Shown: positions 28,852 to 39,808 of the stretch, one piece after another
How the letters are laid out: each line of letters opens with the position of its first letter
Position numbering within the stretch: position 1 is the stretch's first letter
From: Mizuhopecten yessoensis
Taxonomy: Eukaryota
Reading direction: 5' to 3'
NCBI RefSeq assembly: GCF_002113885.1
Contig: NW_018407075.1
Coordinates: 699,784-763,783, forward strand
DNA length: 64,000 nucleotides
Program-made: the position numbers and the translations under genes
The notes under the pieces: model-generated
Told to the model about the DNA's origin: nothing
The model's database searches: none
Seen by the model: only the letters and a program-made list of their open reading frames with translations

Positions 28852-31689
28852 ACAATAAAAGATAACCAGACATTATTTATGAATTGTGCTTAAGATTTAA
28901 ACATATTATGATATTGTCTCGTCGTTATCAAGAATAATATCTTTTCAGACATTTAAGTTCATTATAACTCGTCCTGATATTAAAAGTCCTTATGACATCT
29001 ATCTTTTATAACATTTCTGATTTAAAAAAAAAGATGTTCTCAGATCAGAAATATTTTCTTATTGGAGAGAATGACTGTAAAATGTTTGCTAAATGAGTGA
29101 GCAATAGGTTACATTATTATAAGAAATAGAAGAAAACGGGTAAATTCTGTCCTAGTTTAGAACACGCATACCTTTATCAGTACAGGTAGTCCTTTGATCC
29201 TAGGAGACCAAGATCTAAGAATGACCTTTCTTGTTTATTATGTACTGTGAATGAAACGTTTTTGATTTATTTCATCAAAAGTGTTGTGTGTTCTTCATTT
29301 GGTTTCTAATTACTATTAAGTGTATCTAGTTTATTGTAATGATCGTAGAATGGTTTAAAACCAAAAACGGACGGAGCATGGAGTTTCCAACTTCTAGTAT
29401 TTATAGATTAAGTTAATAGTATCATGATTGCTTAATATATAATTAGTCCTCTCATGATTTGGACAATTTCCTGCATTTTTATTTCGCTCCAAATTCAAAT
29501 AATTTATTGCCTGGAAATCTTAATCTATGGTATTTGATGTTACTATTTTTGGAAATGGGGGTTACTGTTAATATTTTCAGAGTTTTCAGTTTTTGTCAGG
29601 CTTTCTCATGAGAAATAGCAAAGGTTGGAAAATATGTAGTTTCTATTTGGTAAGATATATTTGTGTAGATCTATTATGTTTACTTGCTGTCAAAGTGCAT
29701 GTATGTTTCTTTAAGTTTAATGTTATAGATCTGAAACATTTATATTTAAGACTTTAACTTATAGTTCAAAATTATGTAAATTTCTTCGTTATAGTTTCTA
29801 CAGCAGTGTGACGGGTTGGTGTTTATACATGTAGTAGATGTATTTATAAATAATGGGAACTCAGTTTTATAAACTTAATCTAATATTAACCTTATACATT
29901 TCTGTAGATTTCTTTCATTTTGTCATTTGGCCTTCCTTTACTTATTCTCAAGGATATTAATTTGTGTTCAATCACATTATGTGTTTTACTACATGTATGT
30001 TATGAAAAGAACTTCTACAGGTAATTGTTCATGTGATACTCTATTTGATCTTCTTCAGTTAACGAGAATATAAGAAGCACAACATGCTTTGACCACTTTT
30101 AATGCTCCTCATTGCAGTGATTTCATCATTAACTGAACTAAGTAAGAGACCAACTGTGTTAAGAGACCATTCTTTAGCCTCTTAATACAGGTTCTACTGT
30201 ATCACACGGAATTTATCAATCCATATTGATAATAAAAGAATTTATCAATTCTACACAAATTTCATATATATTTTGGTAAAGGGTGAAACGGAGCAAAATG
30301 TACTAATCGTTTAAATTTCCCAACTGTTGGATATGATTTGCTTAACTTTGAATTCACAACACCAAGTAATAAGTGCTTTTGTTTTTTTCTTAAATTAGAA
30401 AAAAAAAAAATACTTGATGTCTGTTGGAAATATTTTCATTTTTCAATTTTCTTTTGATTGATAGTTTCGTGTCCCAGACTAGCTTGTTTTGAATATGTTC
30501 TTAACAACTCTTTAACTTGTGCAACCAAAACGATTAACTCTAATGTGAGAAGAGCAAGAAGTTATTTGAAGTTCTTTATGTCCAATATAACTTATAAATA
30601 TATATATCACAAATATATATCGCGTCACAGTTTAAAGATGTGTTCAAAATGCATAATATATATACACAATTACTGTTCATGTATCTGTAAAACATTTTAC
30701 TAAACTACATTGTAATGTTATGCAGTAATTTCAGTTATAAAGGAACTTAATGAAACACATTGAAATGTAACATCTGTCTGATCACTAAAAAAGGATAATG
30801 TATTTTTGTGAATATAAAGGATTCAGACTTATTTTACCAATTAATTTGATTTTGAAAATCACAAAACAGTATAGGTTCAAAAGTAGGATTCAGTGTGAAA
30901 TACAGAAAATGTTGCCATATCTTGATGTCCTCCATCAGCGTCTCCAACTCTGCCAGAGTGAGAAGAAAAGGAGGAGTTATATATGTTGATGTAGATGTAG
31001 CCACAAAGTCTGGTTATGTCCTTATATATGGGAAAGTTATTTTATTGTGTTGGTATTGCATATGATTTTACCGTATGTGTATCCGTTCTTGTAAAGTTCA
31101 TTTGCAATATTTTTACAAGTTAAACATGTTTGTTAGATCTCCTCTTGAATAAAATCCTTGGTAGCCAAACCTTTTTGTGTTGTATTTAAAACAAAATCCA
31201 CAAAATTATGTCTAGTAGATTTTTTGTATAGGACATTTTTTTTCAATGTCTAATCAGGTTGTCTGCCTGAAACAAGACATTTGTGCCAACAAACCAGATC
31301 GTCGCAACACTTTCAAATAAAGTCCCTGACATCACGCATAACAGGAGGTAACTCCAAATATTGAACTCCTATCAGCACAATGCTTTTAAAGATCAAAGTC
31401 ACAGAATAAAAGTAGCAAATATACTTTTCTTTCTATTTATAACCAGAACCAATAGATACCTATAGTTAAAGGTCATATTTTAATGATAGAAAATTACATC
31501 AAATCTTGTATCACATTTACTGTGATTTTAGTCAATGGTCTGTACATCATTAACGTTTCTATATTTGTCATCTCATTGTATGGGTTAGTCACTATAAACC
31601 AAAAGGTCAGATGTCAAGGTCATACATGTATAAAATTAAAAAACAAAATTACCGTTTCTGTATTTGATGCAATCTTTGCAGCAATGTTG

Positions 31690-32801
31690 TTTTTAGCTCA
31701 CCTGGTCCAAAGGACCATGGTGAGCTTATGTCATACCACGTCTTCCGTCTGTCAACTTTTCCTTTAAAATGCTATTAGTCCTGAACGGCCAAGTAGATTT
31801 TGACTAAATTTTGTCTGGAGCATCCTTAGGCCAAGGGGACTCCTTGTTGTATAAAGGGTGGGTGTGGCCTCCCTGGGGGCAGAGGGGCGGGTCAAATAGG
31901 GGAAATAGAGGTAAAAATTTTAAAATTCTTCTACTGTAGGGAATAAGGGATTTTGTCCCAATTTAGTCTGAAGCATCCTTGGGCCAAGAGGACTCAATTT
32001 TGTATAAACAGGGGGTGTGGCACCCCTGGGGGCAGAGCTGAATAGGGAAAATAGAGGTAAAACCTTAAAAATCCTTCTTCTACCATAGGGATTAAAGGAT
32101 TTCATCCCAATGTAGTCTGGAGCATCCTGGGGCAAAAGGGACTCAATTTTGTATAAATGGTTGGTCTGACCCCCCTTGGGCCCAATAGGGGTAATTTAGC
32201 AAATTCTTTAAATTCTTTTTCTGTAAGAATGACAGGATTTTGTCCATGTTGGTCTAAAGCATCCTTAAGTGAAAGGGACTCAATTTTGTATAAACATTGG
32301 GTCTGACCCCCCTGGGGACAGAGCCCAATAGGAGAAACATAGCAAATTCTTCAAAATCCTTCTTCATTTGTAGAAATGACAGGATTTTATCCAAATTTGG
32401 GACGTAGCACCCTTAGGTTAAGGGGGACAAATTTTGTATAAACTGGGGCAGAGACGTGGGGTCAAATAGGGAAACTAGCTTTAAAATCCTTCTACTTCTA
32501 TAGGAATGACAGGAATATGTCCATATTTTGTCTAAAGCATCCTTGGTGAAGGGGAACTAATTTTGTATCAACGGTGGGTCTGACCCCCTGGGGGCAGATG
32601 GGCCAGGCCCAATAGTGGAAAAATAGCAAATTCTTCAAATTCCTCCTTTTCCTGTAGGAATGATAGGATTTTGTCCAAATTGCACATAAATATAACCCCC
32701 GACTAACCATGCAATACATGTAGGGCAACATCTGCCTATTTTGAACTTCAATTTTGCTAACATTTCCAGGTGAGCGATACAGGCCCTCTGGGCCTCTTGT
32801 T
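31690..32801 (-). mobile_element. Helentron/HINE-type element with ~150-bp satellite array (same family as 4788-6890)
   Basis: Terminal hairpin TTTTTAGCTCACCTGGTCC-AAA-GGACCATGGTGAGCT at left; CAGGTGAGCGATACAGGCCCTCTGGGCCTCTTGTT at right, reverse complement of the 4788 head; internal AATTTTGTATAAA repeats. Confidence 0.85.
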
Positions 32802-34507
32802 ATTGTGTACTATTTGTTTAGTCCAACTTATGAACTTGACCTTATAGTGCCGACCTTGAAATCTCCACTTGGTTACAATGATTGATCTATCAATTAATTG
32901 CAGTGACCTTCAAAGAATGTGAAAATCAAATTAATTTACTCAAACTTTGATAGACACTATCTTCAAATGCTATGGGCAATTATTCAGAAAAAGGGTATTA
33001 AATATCATCACCCTGGGTTTCTTGGTTATACAAAAAAAGTATTTCAAAGGTTTTACCCTATGACTTTAAAAGTAGGTAAAGGCCAAATACAATAAACTGT
33101 ACCATCATCAAAAGTCTCTTGCTTATCCAGAAGTCATTTTATCTTGTATACGCTCCAATCTTCGGGTGAATACAAGTTTCTCGATCAAATGAAGCAAGTA
33201 TGTATGGCTAAGTGTAGAAATATCCAGGTCATTCTAAAAACAAACACCTGCAATACAATAGTTAACGTGAGGATAAGAATTTCTTTTGGAGAACCAACAT
33301 GCCAACAAATATGTTCATTGATAATCATTCATTTTCTGCAACAGAAAAGTAATACACTGTCAGATCAAGTGGATGAAACCGAAACAATTAATATAGAATT
33401 GGGGAGATAGAAATTGTGTATATATATTCGAGTTTGTCGCTCTGATGTGGGTTTCTAACTAGCAATACTTCCAACAACTAAGGAAAGTTACTTGAGCATT
33501 TGATAAGCCAACACAGTCCTGTATCAGAAAATGAAACAGTTATAATATGAAGAAAAAAACAAAAGCCAAAATAATGACCACAAACAATTGTTTTATTAAA
33601 TTGTTAAAATTATAAAAAATATTTCACATGTTTGAACTGTGAAATGAAACATGACAATGAAGAAAATAACCTGTCATGATGATGTGTGTGATGAATAGTG
33701 ATGTTTCAGATTTGAAAATATCAAAATTGTAAAGAAAGTTTACCTCTTGGAAAAGACCAAGCATATCCTAAACATAGAAAAAAAAGAGAAAAAAGGTTAA
33801 GATTATTTTCATACAATTACATGTATCAAAGTTTTACTTATACACAAACAATGTATGTGTTCAACGTGTCACAAAGTTTATAGACTGACTGGTCCCTTTG
33901 TCAAGCTATGACTCGTGTCAAGTCTTAGCTTGACATACAGGCACTGGTTGGATCTGAAAGATTGGGACACGTTTAACATATACATCTTATTGACATATTT
34001 TCCATACATTTTTGTAACATTCCTCGTCAGCCCTAAAGCTGAATGCAACCATAGGTCTCGATGCATACATAGACTGAATCCATGTTGACAATAGAATCAA
34101 TTTCCTGACATCGGATGAGCTAATGTTACTTAAGCATTTAGCCTAAGACACATCGTCCATTATCAAATTCACAACAGTTCGTGTTTTTTTCCAAGTCCAA
34201 ATTCCTATCAAGAAAAGTGTCCTTTTCCTTGTTATCTGCCTCTATGCATTCTGCCATGTAATGATGGCAATTTTTAGATACGTTTTCTCAAAATCGCAGT
34301 TGTCTCCCTCGCTCCCTTTTGCATTTTTTTTGTAATGGTTCCGAGCACTTTTTTTGAAATATAAAAAATCACAGCTGTCTTCCTTCCTGTGATTTCCTCT
34401 AGCCTGCAAATTCAGCATACAGCTTCCATATTATTTTACACAATATATCAACTCATATTCCAGCAAATCCACTCTCACTTTCTCACAACTAGCTCTCCCT
34501 CGGATAT

Positions 34508-35973
34508 TCATACCCTCCTCTTCTGCGTACTGATGTATAATACTGAAAAGAAAGAGAAGAATTTCATTGCTAAAAGTGATTTCCCTATATGCATTGAACC
34601 AATAAATAAGAACATCTATATAATTATTTTTCATGTTTCATATAGATTAACATTTCGTCAATTTTATTGTTTTTGGGTAATTTTTGCTGTGTCCATTTTA
34701 AAGTAATTTGTCATTTTGGAAATAATAAGATATTATTTAAACCACCTAGCAAACAAATGTGTGTCAGACTATTTCTGATGCACAATCAAATAAATCAGGA
34801 CAAGTCGATGTTATTTCAACTTCTTTGGAAACAATCAATATACTTTACAATCGCAGCAAAAGTTATTTTCTTGATACCGACGCGATCGACACTACTGACT
34901 CAAATTTGTTATTGGTTAAGCATTTTGTCTGGTGCATTCCTAGTCTGTTTTGAGGGCTGTTTCATTATTAATTGTATCAGGGAGGTAGGCCACATCTGGA
35001 TCAACATATTATGAGTGGCACAGTTAAATCCAGATTCATCTACAGTTGTTGACATGTTTTAAATCATTTTCAATATTAGATGTGTGGTGAAGCCAAGCCT
35101 TTGAAAAATACCTCGCTTAGTCTAAACTTCTACTTCAGTAGTCTAGCATTCAGATATTACATTCAATAAAATAACTTAAGTACTGGAGAAAAGTAAAACT
35201 TCAATTTTGCAATTCACCTTTTCAAAATTGCATCATTCAAGCTCTGCCAGGCTTGGTTTCATATATACACACCCATTAGCTTCCCTAACTGTCATTATAG
35301 CTTTCCTATGGAAAGTGTTATGTCAAGGAATGTTTGTGAAATATATGCCGTTCATAGAATTTATATACCTACCATTGTTCCCTCTGATGAAAGCATCGCC
35401 ATATTTGTTTTTTAGTTGGCCATTTACATATTCCTCTGTCTGCTCCAAAGCAATGTTCATGTACCCATCCAAACAGGCTAGCACACCTTCAGATACAAGC
35501 GAATCAAGTGATTAGAGCAATTTTTATTCCAATTGTCTAATGATTCCATTTCTCAAGCAGATAAAGTCTGCCCTAATTCAATACAATTTGTTTTCCCCGG
35601 TAAAATTAGCAGGTCTGTGGTCCAAGGAACCAGGAATCCAACAGTACACAACATACTAACATCAGTTTTTTTTTTAAAATTTAACTTGTTGCAACTTTCA
35701 ACAACGACAACATATTAATTTTTATTGAAGTTCTAAAATTTAGAAATTTTGCTTATCTTTTGCAATGAATTAATAAAACATAAGACGGGCAGAGGAAAAT
35801 ACCAAAATGGATGTCTTTTTCATAAGAAATGCTTACAAATGCCACAATAAGGAAGACACAACATAAGGTAAATATACCTTACCTCTGTAATCCACACCTG
35901 AGTTCAGCTTCACTACTACAGGGCGCCCAATAATTTGCTTCAAAAATTCACTCGGTGTCTGTTTTCTACTCAT
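34508..35973 (-). CDS. LSM6: U6 snRNA-associated Sm-like protein LSm6; 3 coding exons, 79 aa
   Basis: Exons 35973-35883, 35486-35373, 34542-34508 give MSRKQTPSEFLKQIIGRPVVVKLNSGVDYRGVLACLDGYMNIALEQTEEYVNGQLKNKYGDAFIRGNNVLYISTQKRRV*; acceptor at 35976 just before the ATG implies a 5' UTR exon, candidate donor GTAAGT at 39700-39695; minus-strand AATAAA near 33592. Not in the ORF track. Confidence 0.96.
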
Positions 35974-37110
35974 TTCTGAAATACAATAAAAATATTGTTA
36001 AAATATTATTAAGGATCACTATCCCACGGCACTGGTTTTTCATACGATATACAGTAACCTCTCTTTATTTGTTTCTGGATAACTGTTTGGGCCAATGAAG
36101 ACACTTCCCGATCCATTGACTACCTGGTAAGTGGCTCAGTCGCTTAGAGAAATACAGCATAACAATATCAATTCCAGGGTTCCAGTCCCAGTCTAGCCCC
36201 TTTGATAACAATTTTCATATAAAAAAAAAGTACTCATATAAAATTTTCATAAAAGTCCAATAAAGTATGGTTCCTTTCAGGAATTATTTATCAAAGCTAT
36301 ATTCATGTCGGTAAAAACAGTTTTCAATGCATAGTGTAGCAGGAACACTTTTATTCCTGCTAGGTATACTCTCAGTTCTGTCTTGTGAGACAGCCACATC
36401 GTAGCGTTTGTATGTAATAGCGCCGCCTAGTGGTAGGTTGTCAATTGGGAATTCCCCTGTGCTATTTTTGGCACCGGTGGTAGGTGTCCCACGATTTTGG
36501 TAAGGTTCATGGTTTGGACTGGCCAAACAGGTTGGACTAGGGTCAAACTAGGTGGGTCCAGGGTCAGAAGGCAGGGCTAGGTCCAGTATGTAAGGGAATG
36601 TGCAGGTGTGTGGTTAGTTCTGGCGAAATTTTGGATTGGGAACTGGCCAGAGCTTCCATTCGGCTTGGGTCACTAAATCTATGTTTCGGTTTTTTCAGCG
36701 GCCTCTGTTGACTCCTGGGTTCAAGTTTAGCCTGGGAACTGGCCATGGCCGAGAGTCGACAGATACTGGCTTTATAGCTATAGCCTTTATTCTAAATTAT
36801 TCGTCGTCTAGCATAGGCGAGTTGTCTAATTCGTCAGAGTATGTCTATTATGAGTATTGCTTGTTGTATATAATGCTGGAGGAGGGGGGGGCGTCATTTC
36901 GAAGGGTATCTTGTGTAAATAAATTTGTACTGTATATAATTATGATAATTATTAATAATGATATTGGAGTTGAGATAATCACTCAAGTGTGACCACTGAT
37001 GGCCATATGACCAAATGACAGTAAACTGCGAGCTGGCCCTGCTGTGTACAACAGTTACATGTAGTCACCCAAGCATGACTGATGATGTGTATGAATGAGG
37101 CTGTGCCCTT

Positions 37111-37719
37111 AGGTAGCAGTATACAGTAGAGGGTTGTGGCCATGGGTGATATTTTTGTTGAATGGCTAACCCCTGTATAATGATATGTAAAAAAAATATA
37201 AAAATAAAACTGTACTAAAATTGGTATAAGCATGATGAAGTGGGCTGTGTGAGCTTCACATTTGTAAAAAAGCGAGAATAAAAATTTTGCCATAATTCAA
37301 AAGGGTGCCTACAGATGAAAAGCTAGCTTTACAGGAGGTAAAATTTTGACAACACACGACGCAAAATTGCAAAAAATCAAGTTTAACAACTTTACTGGGA
37401 CCCAGATAATTCTGCAACCAGGTAGGTAATCTTTAATTTCAGACAGAACTCAGGAAAAAAATTACTAGTTGCGAGGGTCAAATTTTGGTTCAAAAATAGC
37501 AATTTTTGGCATTTTTTGATGTGGTAACCATGGTTTTCACACAAGTGATATACATAGAAAAAAGAGGTTTATACACTTCTCAGTACTTTATATGTATTAT
37601 AAATAAAATGCAGTTTACAAATATATATACATGTATAGGGTAAATGCGCTGTGTTTACATTTCCTTGACATGTGCCTTGTTTATCAGAGTCGGGCCATTT
37701 CTACTGTATACTGCTACCT
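37111..37719. mobile_element. Non-autonomous DNA transposon with 20-bp perfect TIR (Kolobok-like ends)
   Basis: AGGTAGCAGTATACAGTAGA (37111-37130) / TCTACTGTATACTGCTACCT (37700-37719); flanks resemble a decayed TTAA. Confidence 0.75.
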
Positions 37720-37740
37720 TATGGGTAAAATAAAAAAAAA

Positions 37741-38220
37741 AAACACACTGCCAACCCGGTTAGACATCACTGCAATATTTGCTTCAAATCATACTGCCGC
37801 CTAGACGTTGCGAAAAACCATGTACGTAAAATACATCCAGACTCGGACCCTAAAGAGACCGTATCTTCTGCCCTTTACAATCCGCAATCTGAAGCTAAGA
37901 AACCAAAAGCATGGACCCCACCACCAGAGGCCCGTACCATCAACAAACTGAGCAAACCTACCTTCCGTATTGTACAAGATACTACTGATTATACCAGGAG
38001 TTCTACCACCACTTTAGAAGAAGACCTGGCTCTGAGTGACACGGACTCAGAGTCGGACACCAACAGTAATGAACCTATGTCGTCGAGTTTTGAAGACTAT
38101 AATTATGTACACGAGGGTTCCACCTCTGTTCTGGACTCTACCTTTTGTCTAGATGAACTACCATATTATTTAAGAGATAGAACTGTATCTGTATATAGTG
38201 TATATGGCATCTATAATTGA
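37741..38220 (+). pseudogene. Start-less 159-codon ORF with C2H2 zinc finger (probably 5'-truncated mobile-element cargo)
   Basis: KHTANPVRHHCNICFKSYCRLDVAKNHVRKIHPDSDPKE...KPKAWTPPPEART...LEEDLALSDTDSESD...VYGIYN*; C-x2-C-x12-H-x4-H at 37771-37836; in-frame stop upstream at 37726-37728. Confidence 0.7.
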
Positions 38221-38405
38221 CTCTGCAATTACTACAAACATTCTATGAGAAAGCGGTTAACTTTATTAATCTATCAGTAAACACGTTCAACTACTATTAC
38301 CATAATTTAGCGGGTAAATTACCACAATATTGTATATCACGTGACGAGAACAATCAATTTCTTGAACCGTAATTTACACCTTAGCTTTATTTTTCTCGAT
38401 GCAAA

Positions 38406-38453
38406 ATTGTTCTGATGACGGTTGGCCTAGCCAACCGAAACATGTAAACTAAT
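38406..38453 (+). ncRNA. Minimal type I hammerhead ribozyme motif (Penelope-like)
   Basis: Stem I GTT/AAC (extends ATTGTT/AACTAAT with a bulge); CTGATGA 38412-38418 plus extra C; 7-bp stem II GGTTGGC/GCCAACC; GAAA 38437-38440; palindromic stem III ACATGT; GUA site (cleavage after 38446); AATAAA 38451-38456. Confidence 0.8.
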
Positions 38454-38825
38454 AAATTCTAAACCTACGGAATCCTTGGTGTTGATGCTCCATCCTTTAT
38501 CAAGTTGTTAAAAAAAATAAGAGTTAAATAAAAAAAATAGGAGTAAAATGAAACATCAGGGAGTAATTTAACTTGTCAGGGATTAACTTTCTTATGAGTA
38601 AAATAATACATACATGGTAGAGAATTACTCATTGCTGGGTTTTTCACCCCACATTCTTTATATTGCTACTTTCCCTTTTCCTTTGCCCAAACCTGAGAAT
38701 TTTACTCCTTTGTCTAGTCACCAGTGGGGTGCAATACCTAGAAATATATAAGTTCAGGAGCCCAATTGTTTTAATAGTATAGCTGGCTGAGCTATTAGCG
38801 GAACTGGACTGGGTCGATAGTCGGC

Positions 38826-38897
38826 GACCAGATAGCTCAATTGGTAGAGCATCCGTCTAGAGTTCGGAAAGTACCAGGTTCGAACCCCGGTATGGTG
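38826..38897 (+). pseudogene. tRNA-like sequence (AGA anticodon loop, short variable arm); likely tRNA-derived LTR or SINE head
   Basis: GACCAGA-TAGCTCAATTGGTAGAGC-A-TCCGT-CTAGAGT-TCGGA-AAGTA-CCAGGTTCGAACCCCGG-TATGGTG; mismatches in acceptor, anticodon and T stems. Confidence 0.65.
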
Positions 38898-38899
38898 TC

Positions 38900-39605
38900 A
38901 GGTCGTTTCGGTAACAAGACGAAAACTGTTTCGGGACTTTTTTTGGGTCGTTTCGGGACATGTCAAAAGTCGTTTCAGGATTTTTCATTTCTTTCTTCTT
39001 CTGAAGACCATTACCTAATTATATGTGCCAAACAGGTACCGACATTCTTCTTCACAGAGACGTGTATACAATTCCAAAGCAACGATCAAGTTATAGATAT
39101 CAATGTTCATGCATACCGGTTTGATGTAGTTGACTAATGTATTTTATTTACTTATTTGAAAGAGGACTTTAGTGGTCCTGAACCAGAAATAAACTTCATA
39201 ACTGATATGAGGTAAGCAAACAAAAATTCATATAAAATTTCACCTATTATTTATTTTCTTTGTTATGAATAGGACTTCTAATAAATAATCTTAATATATT
39301 TAAGTGAATTAATTAATGTAAATGTGTTGATTTACACATGCCCTCGCATCACGGATAGACGTAATTATTACCAGTATGAAAAAATGTTGTTAGTGTTTAA
39401 TCAATCCATTGTTCTCGTGACTGCATTTATAACATCAGATATATAATATGACCAGGAATCACGAAAGGATTTATCAACACAGGTCATAGACTAAAACCAT
39501 ACTTATGTATTTGCAGGAATCGATATGAAACGGGAGCGAAATGTAATTTATAAGTGAAAACTGTATATGTCCCGAAACATCTTGTGCTATGTCCCGAAAC
39601 GACTA
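38900..39605. mobile_element. Non-autonomous DNA transposon with inverted subterminal GTCGTTTCGGGAC repeats
   Basis: GTCGTTTCGG/GTTTCGGGAC x4 at 38902-38980 and GTCCCGAAAC(GAC) x2 at 39569-39603. Confidence 0.6.
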
Positions 39606-39694
39606 GCATACGATATTTTTAACCGTTTGTAAGCCATATCTACCACACGGTGTGTCGCTTGAAGTCTGGTATTCAGTCTGAGAAATCGAGACAT

Positions 39695-39808
39695 ACTTAC
39701 TGCTGGTCGACAGATGCACGAAAATTTAATGAATTATCGCGAGACTTACAATTCTTACACAAGGCTGAAAGAGACATCACGTGGTAAAATCTCGCGGGAA
39801 TCAAGATG
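39695..39808. promoter_or_regulatory. Compact bidirectional promoter of LSM6 and HSCB
   Basis: Minus-strand donor GTAAGT at 39700-39695 and HSCB ATG at 39806; between them TATCGCGAGA (39735-39744), CACGTG (39778-39783), TCTCGCGGGA (39790-39799). Confidence 0.65.

Noticed and set aside
30798-30989. Possible alternative last exon of IDH3A
   Set aside because: No IDH similarity or convincing acceptor; more likely distal 3' UTR (AATAAA near 31148 with downstream GT-rich tract).
36120-36200. Another tRNA-like head (GTGGCTCAGTCG...GGTTCCAGTCCC)
   Set aside because: Too degenerate to support a call.
37721-37743. ATG at 37721 as start of the zinc-finger ORF via a homopolymer indel
   Set aside because: It is one base out of frame across a 12-A run and overlaps the flank of the 37111-37719 transposon; more likely host sequence. 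Raw-read A-count would settle it.
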